DNA from: Bugula neritina
Taxonomy: Eukaryota; Animalia; Bryozoa
Assembly (NCBI GenBank): GCA_964035545.1
Contig: OZ037765.1
Location: 34,223,504-34,287,503, forward strand
Direction: 5' to 3'
Length of the DNA: 64,000 nt
Both the position numbers and the translations under genes were made by a program. Below are positions 40,001 through 52,000 of this stretch, in pieces; the stretch's first letter is position 1, and each line of letters opens with the position of its first letter. The notes under the pieces were generated by a model. That model was not told the origin of the DNA. It saw nothing but the letters and a program-made list of their open reading frames with translations, and did no database searches.

Positions 40001-42771
40001 GTACTACCCTGAGTATGACTTTCTGTCAAGTCTTTGATGTTTTTGTCTACTTGCTCAAATTGTCTAGCCATATTTATGGCAACCTCTTCAGTTAGGTCTT
40101 CAACATTCATTTTCTGCATTTCACGACTGCAGTTAGTGTCTGTGATTCCTACTACAATTCTGTCTCGCATTTGCTCTGATCTATTGGAAAAATCACACCT
40201 ATCTGCTATGTCATTTAGAGACCTAACATACTGTTCAACAGTTTCTCCTTGTTGTTGGCAGCGCCTGAAGAAACGAGCTCGTTCATAAATCACGTACTTA
40301 CGTGGAGAAAAATACTTCTGAAAAGCTTCAGATACTTTTTGATAGTTTTTAACATCTTCATCCGACAGTGCTAAACCATTGAAAATACTCTCGCTTTTAT
40401 TTCCCATACAATAGAGAAAGCTGTCAACTTGCAACTGTTCTTCTTCTTGATTGAGCTTTGACAGTGTCCTATAACGACTCCAGCGAGCAAACCATTCAGC
40501 CCAGCCAGACGGATCAAAGTCGAACTCTTTAGGGGGGTTAAACTTAGCCATAGCGATAAAACACACTTTAACTTTGTAAATTTAAAATAGCTAATAACTT
40601 TAACTTGGTTTCAGCAACACGTACTGGCCACCATGTAATATTATGGTTGCGGATGAAGTGGATTATATTTTGTTAATGAACACGAGCAAGTATTGTATTT
40701 AACATGGCGATAACTTTATTCAAACTGCAGGTAACCTTGACCTAATAAAAACGTAACATTATAGCGAGTACATTATAATACAACACTTATATTAATATCA
40801 CAATACCATTTAACAATTACTGGTTAGTGAATTACATATATAATTAAATGAATTAAAATAAACATATGATAAGCAGATGTGAATTACTACTACAGTATTA
40901 GAATAAGAATACCAATACAATTATGAATTATTATTATTAATAATACAAAATTATATTAAAATAATAGGCTAATAATAATACTACACTTTATATAATGACA
41001 ATGATTATCATTATGATTATATTATTATTATTGATATTAATAATTAATTTAATACTAAAATATTAATTAACATAATACTAATACTTATACTTATACTAAG
41101 TTTAATAGTAATAGTAATACTAATAGACAATAGACATAGTAATAGAACTAGTAGCACTAAGTTTAATAGTTATACTAATAGTATTACATTTACTATTAGT
41201 ATTAATATTAGTATTAGTAATATAATTATAATTATAATAAATGTAATTCAATACCTAAAGTTAAAATGATATCGTAATCTATAAGTTAATATATAATTAT
41301 CACTATAAGTATAAGTATATTAATTATTATTTATATTATTAATATTAATTAAACGCTATTAGTATTAGTATTACTATTAGTATTAGTAAAAGTGATACTA
41401 TTACTATTAGTATTACAGCATTACTATTACTATTGAGTATTACTATTACTATTAGTATTACTATTAGTATTAGTATTACTATTATTAATATTTCTATTAA
41501 TATTATTATTTATTAAATTTAATCGTTAATATGATTTAGATTATTATTTTAATCGACAATTATTTAGTTTAAAAATGCTAATAATAATTTATAAGCAGAT
41601 TGAGCTTACCCATCTCTAGCTTTATTTGTTATATTGGAAAGTCGAAGTGAGAATTTTAGGTTCAAGCAAAAAGATATAAGCGGTTCAGTTGAAGGGGTGT
41701 ACTTGTAGAGTTGAAGATATCACGTTGGTTGTAAGGGGTGAAATAGACTAAGTACTTAACACGTTGCCGAGGTTTTCTTAATGCAAGATTATTTTAATTT
41801 TAGAGTTGTGTCATTTTTTAACTAAAACCTATGCTTCGTGCATACACAAAAGTATTACGCAGCGATTACTAAAAAAATTGCTCGGTTAAGTACTTTTCCG
41901 CCGTTTTTGGAGAAATTTCCGCTTTTCCGTTTACGCAGTTTACAAAAACCGGTCAGATCAAGAGTTAAATAAAACTAAATTATTCTTATTCAATAATAAT
42001 ACTTTTATATAGTAGGTCAACTTACTACCTTTTCGTTATGTTACAGCATATCTTCACTGAAGAATCTTGAGGTATTGTATATACCAGGGAAAAACCTATC
42101 TGAAGGTCTACCTGACAATATATTCACATCCTTACTATCATTGAGCGAGTTGAACATGAGTAGCTGTAAACTGTCAACTCTACCAAACAGGTGTGTATTC
42201 TATTATACGTTATGAAGTTATCTGCACTATCTTTATTGAGTCAACTAGACTCTGTGTATATTATACGTCACAAGTCAATTATTGTATTCTATTCTATTAG
42301 ATATATGTACTCAGATAGAAATGGTATAACAACTTCTCACTTACTCCTCTAGTAAATTATTTTGCTGTGTAACAGTTTATATTGGCACCAGGTGTTATAA
42401 TTTTGCAATTATAGTGCGTGTGGGTCTCTTATTGTGCAACGAGATTACAAACTTTATCCTCGATGAATACCACGATTAATAGAATTGAATATAAGCTTTA
42501 TTTACAATATAATAATACATCCAGTATCCCAACTATCACAAACATCTATCTCTTACTACTCTGTTACTCTGACTGCAAAAACATGAGTCAGCTGCGCCGC
42601 TGGGGGTCTCACGTGATCCCCAGCTGATTGGCTGGGTTACACGTGGACAAAATGTACTACGCTGGCCACTACACTGCCCCCTCCAGCAGGAAGCCTACCT
42701 TCCTGTTAACATAAAAAAACAATTAGTATATTTCACAAATGAAAAAGGATGTACACTCTCAGGCCGACCGG

Positions 42772-42860
<89 letters not shown>

Positions 42861-42938
42861 CTTCCTGTTAACATAAAAAAACAAGTAGTATATTTTACAA
42901 AAGAAAAAGAATGTACACTCTCAGGCCGACCGGCCTAC

Positions 42939-43031
<93 letters not shown>

Positions 43032-46000
43032 AACAATGTAGATATAAAAGAAAGAGCATCTAATCGACTAAACAAATACTATGGAACGTACTTATATAAA
43101 AATGTCTATGCACATAATCTTGGGAACGGAATGTGATTGTCAAAGATGAGAGGAAGAGACACCACCTGCGGGGTAAAGTATAAAAACAGCTGGATGGATT
43201 CTAAAAGGGGGGAAAAGGTAGAAGAAAACGTCATCCACGACACCGAGGCTTGTCACGCAGATGGATGTCGGGGCAATGTGAGAGTCGGACACTCAGTCCT
43301 TGGTACTCCTCTTGAGCTGGGCCACAGAGTCCCAGAGAGATCTAAGCTCGCCTGCAGCGGCCAAGATCCTGGGCGCTAGTCGCTGGATCTCCCACTGAAG
43401 CTCGTGGGTCCTTTGTTTCACTTCTTTGAGGTTTTTGGCTATAGAGGAGTGCCGGGTGGGTGAGGAAGATTGCCAACATCGTTTTCTTGACGGCGGGGAG
43501 AGACGGGAGAAGGCGAGCTCTTCCTGTTGGGAACTTCTATCCGCCGAAGGACCACTCTGGTCTGGGTTCGGGGTCGAGGAACGGTTTGGGTGGGGGGTGA
43601 TGAAGGCTTCTTATATCCGGGGGGCTTGGTGACGGGTCCTTGAGTAACGGCCCTTGGGGTAGGGAACCCTTGAGATAAGCGTTCATAACGAACGCGGTCG
43701 GAGATGAAAGGTTCGATTAAACCTAGGAAGGTGGGGAAGGAGAGCTCATCAACGTCGTAGAGATGTCCGGGGTGACATTCCAACGTCCGTTGATGGCGGG
43801 GGATGTAGTCCCTGTGATAACATTTCCAGCATATAGCCTCCGCCGTCCCGCCTCACCAGAGAATGGCCATGCTTGCTGACCTGGAAGATTTCACACTGTC
43901 TTAATCTGAGCCGTACGTCACGCCCCATCTTAGGCCAATACCACCGGAGTTGTAATTTGGCGAGCACCCTCTGGACTCCTGCGTGAGCCTGTTTGTGTGC
44001 ATCCCATATCAACTCCCGACGGATGGCAGCTGGGCAGACTACCCTCTTTCTCTATGGGTGTCTGCTGTTCGCCGCCAGAGTCATGGTCAGCAGACCATCT
44101 GGCCCGATCCGCAGTGACTCCCAACGTTGGCTGTACAGCCGTAACTCGGCGCATCCCTGCCTGAGTTGTTTTTCACTGGGTCACCTCCCTTCCTTCTTGG
44201 CCCGATATACGTCGGCTACCACTCCTGGAAGGTTTTCCTGGAGTCTTCGTAGCTTCCTAACGTTACCGGCCAAGACAGGGTTGGCGCGGAGATTTTGCAC
44301 TACCTCCGGAGGCGTGCCAGCCTTCTGTCGGAGTTGACCCTGGTCCTAGTCATACTCAATCCTAGGATGGTCCAGTGCTTCTAACTCAGATCGCGGGGGA
44401 CCTCTGTCCCTCCTTTCGATTTGAGGCACTGCTTACATCCCTTGTCTGGTCGCCGGCTCAATCCATCTGCATTGCCCTGCTTCTTACAGGTCGGTGTTCG
44501 ATCCGGTAGGAGAACTCAGCCAGAATCTCGAGCCACCTGGCGACCTGCACAGTTAGTTTAAGGTCATTACTTTCCAGATTCAAGCACTGCTTTATGTTAT
44601 ATATAAACGGTTTCCGGGGGATAGCTCGAACAGTTTTTGTCTCACATTAACAAATTTTACATGAAAAGATAGCTCTTGCATTCCTCTTTCATATACTTTT
44701 CTAATTTTTCAATAAAAAATTTTCTGAGAAAGTTGTTGCATAATAAGTAAAATTTTACACCCTCCATGTTCCACTGCTGTAGCACAGGGGATTCATTTTA
44801 TAAAGTCTAAAAGTTAAACTTGACATTCCTTGATATGTTTTCTCTAATATACTTTCTTTGTTTTTTGAAATTCTGTTTATGCTCTTCACAATTTGGTAAA
44901 AACATACACCATTTTGCAAGTTTCACTGCAATTTTCTAAATTCTTCATATGGTGGTTCTAGCTACGCTCCTGTGACTAATTATAACATTCCTAGTACGTT
45001 TGCCGCTCTGCGCTATCACAATAACATATAGCACCCTCTCGCACAAATTGGCAATCTATTGGATTTCTGCCAATATAATGTTCCCTGTTTTACATTAGCG
45101 CTTAGCTGAACCATCTCACTATGTTACAATAATATATTGAAAATGCCTCAGCACAACATAATTCTTTGTTTGTTTGGCAGAGTTAATTTCAGCTAAATCA
45201 CTTCACTTTGCAGTCTTGTCAGTAAAGGTCTGTCTATAGAGCAGCAGGTGTACTTTCAGTTTCTCTAATTCACATATGATTATTTTAAGTACATTGTATT
45301 CTATAAGATCAATTTAAGGTTTAGTCCAGTGTTCAGTATCTAATTATTATGCATTTATGTTGTCTTACTGTTGAACAAAAGTTGAAAAAAAACTTTACAA
45401 TTATAGCCATATTTATTATACATGCGTAGGATTTGCATAAGTTGATAAAAAAAAATTGCAACAAAACAGGGTTGAACCATGACCAACCAACTCCTCGCTG
45501 ACGCCTCTAACCACTGGACCACACAGTCATCGATATTACAAACGCGCACTATATGAGTAACTATGATTACATGAATATTTCGCGCGCAAATGGGTTATAA
45601 TTATTAGGCTGTCAATTGATGCTGATAGCAGTCAACTGTTGCAATAGTCTCAGGTTACTAGCAAAGCTAATGGTTTTGAACAAATAACCCAAAAGTTTAA
45701 AAAATAAGTAGCTTGCGTAATGCTAGCTACAAAAACAGGTCTGAAATAGACTGGTAAAGCAAGCTCTTATTGTAGAGTTTGCAGATGTGCTCTAAAATAA
45801 AACTTAAACTGTATGCTATTACATAAGTATTTGTATGCAAGAGATAAATGGACATTACTGAGTTTCTGGAAAACAACATACTTGAAGTTAACTTTGACAA
45901 TGGTGTGTTATTTTCATCATACACTAGCACAGATAGGGCCTATAGCATAAATCTCTAATCATATGAATCTTTATGAAGCCCACAGCTCATGTAAGGGTGG

Positions 46001-49000
46001 CAAATGTAATTTGAAACGAACAATTATGTTGCTGCATTGTGTCTAAGGTATATTAGAGAGCAGAATTTGGTTTTACTAGCCTACCCCAACGGCATTCTAC
46101 AATGCAGCTTATATGCTGGCAGTTGTAATAAGTACTGTCAATAGCAAGGTTACTATCACTGCTAGCTCTGTGCAGTATGTAACCTCTTGAATAATTGCGC
46201 CAATTTTAAACTCTTGGAAGTTGGCCAAGTTATCATATCGCAGCCAGCCACCGGAGACAAAGCATCAGAGCTATTCATATAATATTATACTGATGCACTT
46301 GGTAGCAGAGTGGCTAATCTAATATAGTTCATAGTTCAACACCCTTTACTTTGGGAATACAGCCTCTTTTTTTAGGTTTACCTTACAAAGCATGAACATA
46401 TCTAAACTGATATTCTGATAATTTAGAGGTACATTTTGAAAACTAGGTTAATTGCACTTGTTTGCACAACAACAATAATAAAATAGATATTATGCAGTAT
46501 AATAAAAACACACATAATACTATATAATATATTATAATGATAATAATATAATGTTATAAGTACCATTACTGCATTTTATAAATCACATGGTTGCCAAAAA
46601 AATGTATCACAAATTTTGTAATTATACATCAAAAATAAAACTATAGCTAGGCAGCAGGTTAGAATAGAGTAAATTTTTAAAACATGAAATCATGATTTGA
46701 CTATTGTTTTATTTAGGCTAACCAACCTAGGAATACAAGATTGGGTTTTAGCTGACAGTTTATAACATTTAGCTTTTGAGCCAGCAGCACTGGCACTTGT
46801 GAAGTATAGGCAAAGTTAGTGAAGCGAGACTAACTAGCACTCAAATACAAGGCATATTGAGACGCAATAACAAATCAGGAGCGTATAAATTGAAAAGAAT
46901 GTGGAAGGGGGACTATGTTTTTCAACAAGCTATAACTTAAACATGAATTGGTTTTTGAAAAAAATAAAAAAGTATATTGGAGAACATAAGTTTCTTTATC
47001 TTTTCATATTTTTTTTGTTCCTGTGACATTCAACCTGTTCGAGCTATCAGTGGAACATTGTTCATATAGAACATAAAGCACCTGGCAAAGAGCCAGAAAA
47101 TGAAAAGTGTGACCTTAAACTAACTGTGTGGCTAGACGGTTCTGCTCACTTGCAAAACCAAATAAAAGAGGAGTGGTCCGTACGCAGCCGGAACCTTCTA
47201 CTGTATAGATAAGGTCTAAAGTGCTTCACTGACTTGATTACTGCCAACAGTTCCTGGCAGGTAGTGCAGTAATTTCGTTCAGTGGGTGAGAGAGACTTGC
47301 TGTAGTAGGCTACTGCTACTTCTCGGCCCTCCTGCACTTGTGACAGCACAGCGCCAACATTCTGGTCACTGGCGTCGGTATCAAGTATGTACTCCAGAGC
47401 GGGGTCTGGGTAGGCCAGGATAGGTGCCTCCAGCAGGCGACCCTTGAGGCAGTCGAACGCCCTCTGTTCGACTGAAGTCCACTGCCATGTTACTCCCTTT
47501 GCGGTGAGCCGATTTAACGGCTGTGCCACCCCCGCAAAGTCTGGTATATATTGCCTGTAATACCCCACCAGTCCCAGGAAAGCCCGGAGCCCAATCAAAT
47601 CCTGGGGGGTAACACACTTTTCTACAGCCCGTACTTTTTTATGATCGGTCGCCACGCCATGGCGGCTGACGACGTGCCCCAGGTAGTTCACCTTCGGCTG
47701 CAATAGAGCGCACTTGGAGGGTTTGAGTTTCAGACCGGCATCTCTGAGTCGTTCGAAAACCTCCCGCAGACGACTGATGTGTGTCTGAAAGTCTGGGGAG
47801 ATCACTATGATGTCATCGAGGTATATTAGCAGCGTCTTCCAGTGGAGCCCACTGAGGACCTGTTCAATGAGTATCTGGAAGGTGGCGGGTGCGGAGGTCA
47901 ACCCAAAGGGCAGCACCTTCCACTTCCACAGCCCGTCCCGTGTGATGAACGCTGCCTTTTCCTGGGCGTCGGGACTCAGAGGGACCTGCCAGTAGCTGCT
48001 CAGCAAGTCTAATGTAATAAAGTACTTGCTGCCGGCCAAGGCGTCCAGAGATTCATCAATCCGGGGTAAAGGATAGGCGTTCTGTATGGTTACGCTATTT
48101 AGTTTGCGGTAATCCACACAGAACCACCAACTGCCGTCTATGTGCTGGTTCTATGAGGCTGCGGTCCAAAAGATCCCGGACTTGTCGGCTGACCTCCTTT
48201 TCCGGTCCCAACCTCCTCGTGGGTTGCCGGATAGGGACAGTACCCGCAGTCAGCGGTATCTCATGACGGACCGCCTTAGTCAGGCCCACGTCATGGTCTC
48301 CACTGCTGAACACGTCAATGTACTCATGCAGCAACTTAGCCATAGCCGGCGCTCCCCCTTGCTCGTGCAACCATCACAGGCCATCTCGTACAACTCCTGG
48401 ACGTGTGGTGGGACGGTCCCCGCCCTTTGGACGGGCGCTGTCGGGGACCTTCCGTCGCGTCTCCGAGCAACAGTCCTATATCTTCCTCCTGGACAGAATG
48501 AAAGCGGCATAGTACAGACCCTGACGGTAGCTTTACCGCCTCCGAGAAGGGATTGACACACTGCACCAAGATCTCTCCTCGTTCAGGCAGCCGATTGAGG
48601 CTGCTGGCGAGCTGGATTTTCTCGTGCGCGCCTTCTAACACCCCTAGCCCACAGATTCGGCCGTTGTTCACTCTGCATTGAATTGTAGCCTGGTATTTCA
48701 CAGTTCCGTACTACCTGCACACCTCCCACTAGGTGACGACCAGACTTGTCGACACAGGTGAACTCCTTGCCGGCCATCAGTATGGCAGACTTGCTGAAGT
48801 CGATGCGGCACCCGTTTCGTTTCAAGAATGGCATCCCTAGTATAGCATCCTCTTCTAGTTGGCTGATGGCAAAGGTTTCCTGGATCACCTGGTCGCGGAC
48901 GCGTCCAGTCAGTTTTATGATACTGTAGAAGGGAATGCACGAGCCATCGGTCAGTGTGCCATATTCCCCGGTATATGGTGCTAGCTCCCTTTTCTCCTTG

Positions 49001-52000
49001 GGACAAAAGCATCAAAGACACGACGGCTGAGGAGGTTCATGGCACACCCGGAGTCTAGCAGGAAAGTGACGGGCTTTCCGGTCGCTTTTCCTACTAAGAA
49101 ATAGCTGTCTCCGCGCGGTTGTACCCTTACTCCCCCTGCGTGCTCAATCCCAGCCGGGTAGGGCCGTGCTCGTCCGGCCCCCGGTTTGCGTGGCCTGCGG
49201 TGACAAGGAGTTCGTCTCGGAGGCGTGACCTGTTCCCCTCCGATGTCCGGATGGACCTCGCCAGCCGTTTTTACCTCTGGTAGCCGGTCGAAGCGGTTAG
49301 TGAGTGGCAGGGTAAACGGGTCCGGTCGCCACACTGGTCGACTGATCCAATGAGGTGCCTGCCACTCGTGAGGGGCATGACGCAATGTCCGTACGGATGA
49401 CCTGCATTTTCCGCCTCTGGAATCCTTCATTTTCGGCCCGCGGGGTTTGAAGGTATCTGCGGGCTGTGAGAGTTTAACCCCTTTCCAGACTGTAGGAGAT
49501 GTCCGTGTTCGCCCATTTCCAACACAAGGCAGTTGGCCTTGGAGTCGCTACCCTCGGCCTCAAAGGTCCTTGAGTGGGCTCTGTTGGGTTGGCATGGGCT
49601 GAGACTGCCACCAACTTTTCCAGCAACTTTTCCGGTCAACCTCCGCCCTTAGGGGAGAGATGGTAGTGGCAGCAACTACTTAAATAGGAGTGTCTGGTCC
49701 AGGTTCCACGGTGATTTGTGGGCCCAGTGTAGTTGTTTGGCCAAGAGATAGGCCTCACCTTCGTGCAGGGCATCCTCTATTGTGGTCACCCTTCTTGCTT
49801 GAAGCTGGTGGTGGAGACTCAAGTCATTGAGGGACTGCACGAAGGCGTCATAAGTGTAACGCTTCCGGTGTACTTCCGGCAAGTCGCTATTCGCGATCTG
49901 TGCCAGTCTCTTCACCGTGGTAGCATGGTCTTGGAGGGGGATGCGCACTTGCTCACCTTCCATGTGTTGAGCTGTTCTTTCTGCCATGGTGTATTCTATT
50001 GTTGTCTAGATCTTTGCATTGCCACAAGTCAGAAGATCCCACCGCTGCCACCACTGTTATAATTTTGCAATTATAGTGCAAATGGGTATCTAATTGTGCA
50101 ACGAGATTACAGTCATCCTCGATGAATACCACGATTAATAGAATTGAATATAAGCTTTATTTACAATATAACAATACATCCAGTATCCCAACTATCACAA
50201 ACATCTATCACAAACATCTATCTCTTACTACTCTATTACTCTGACTGGTACTAACTACAAAAACATGAGTCAGGCGGCTCTCTGCGCCGCTGGGGGTCTC
50301 ACGTGACTCTCAGCTAATTGGCTGAGTTACACGTGGACGAAATACACTACGCTGGCCACTACAAAGGTATAAAATTTGTTATAATATAAAATTATATCCA
50401 TATAAGTTAGATACTCTCTTTTAGCTGAGTGTAATGTGAAGCTATTATACATTTCTCTTTCTCTTTGAAATAACCCAAGTTTTAGTAGCAACTGCTGTAT
50501 TGTTTATCTGACTCTTAGTGGTCAGATCAAGAATTAAATAAAACTAAATTATTCTTATTCAATAATAATACTTTTATATAGTAGGTCAACTTACTACCTT
50601 TTCGTTATGTTACAGCATATCTTCACTGGAGAATCTTGAGGTATTGAATATATCATGTAATAACCTATCTGAAGGTTTACCTGACAATATATTCACATCC
50701 TTGCTATCATTGAGAGAGTTGTACATGAGGTACTGTGGACTGTCAACTCTACCAAACAGGTGTGTATTATATTATAGTGTAGAATAATACTGTAATAAAT
50801 ACAATATATAAACATATTATTAAATAATTGTGTAGAAGCTTCTAATCTTTTGTGATGTACATAAATTGACTTGTATGAACTAATTACATTATATAAATCA
50901 TTATAGACAATATATGTGATGTCATGTCTTTACTATTCTATTCTATCAGATGTACTCAGCAAGACATGGTGTGACAACTTGGAACTTTTTACTCTGATAA
51001 ATATTGGTATATAAAGTTGCTATAATATTATGAAATGTTCATAGGTGACCTCTTATGATACTGTTGAGTAGAATGTACAGTATATAGTTCAATTACCTTT
51101 GATGATTTTATATCTGTTTATTTTATGTTACAGCATATCTTCACTGAAGAATCTTGAGGTATTGAATATATCAGGGAATAACCTATCTGAAGGTTTACCT
51201 GACAATATATTCACATCCTTGCTATCATTGAGAGAGTTGTACATGAGTCACTGTGGACTGTCAACTCTACCAAACAGGTGTGTATTATATTATAGTGTAG
51301 AATAATACTGTAATAAATACAATATATGAACATATGATTAAATAATTGTGTAGAAGCTTCTAATCTTTTGTGATGTACATAAATTGACTTGTATCAACTA
51401 ATTACACTATATAAATCATTATACATAATATATGTGATGTCATGTCTTTACTGTTCTATTCTATCAGATGTACTCAGCAAGACATGGTGTGATAACTTGG
51501 AACTTTTTACTCTGATAAATATTGGTATATAAAGTTGCTATAACATTATGAAATGCTCATAGGTGACCTCTTATGATACTGTTGAGTAGAATGTACAGTA
51601 TATAGTTCAATTACCTTTCATGATTTTCTACCTGCATGTTATGTTACAGCATATCTTCACTGAAGACTCTTGAGGGATTGAATATATCAAATAATAACCT
51701 ATCTGAAGGTTTACCTGACAATATATTCACATCCTTACTATCATTGAGAGAGTTGTACATGACGAACTGTAAACTGTCAACTCTACCAAACAGGTGTGTA
51801 TTATATTATAGTGTAGAATGATACTGTAATATATAAAATATATAAACATAAGATCAATATAATTGTGTAGAAACCTATGGTAGAAACTTAAGACACACAG
51901 GATAGTTAAGGGCAACCTTTTAGCTGCAACTGTCTTGCTGAGGTTTGCATTGTAATCATATAAAAATTCAGTGCCAGTAAAATAAAATCTCACCTAATTG

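Larger units (their letters stand above)
33072..41951. mobile_element. Mutator-like (MULE-type) TIR element with 9-bp TSD, carrying USP-like exons and a nested Gypsy
   Basis: TSD GTCAGATCA at 33063-33071 and 41952-41960. TIR CGGTTTTTGTAAAATGCGTAAACG / CGTTTACGCAGTTTACAAAAACCG. The empty site tggtcagatcaaga is visible in sister introns (~32471, ~50518). No transposase recognised. Confidence 0.8.
28894..51793 (+). repeat. Gene B array of seven 144-nt LRR cassette exons dispersed by transposon insertions
   Basis: Same boundaries and length as the gene A cassettes; all open. Confidence 0.95.
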
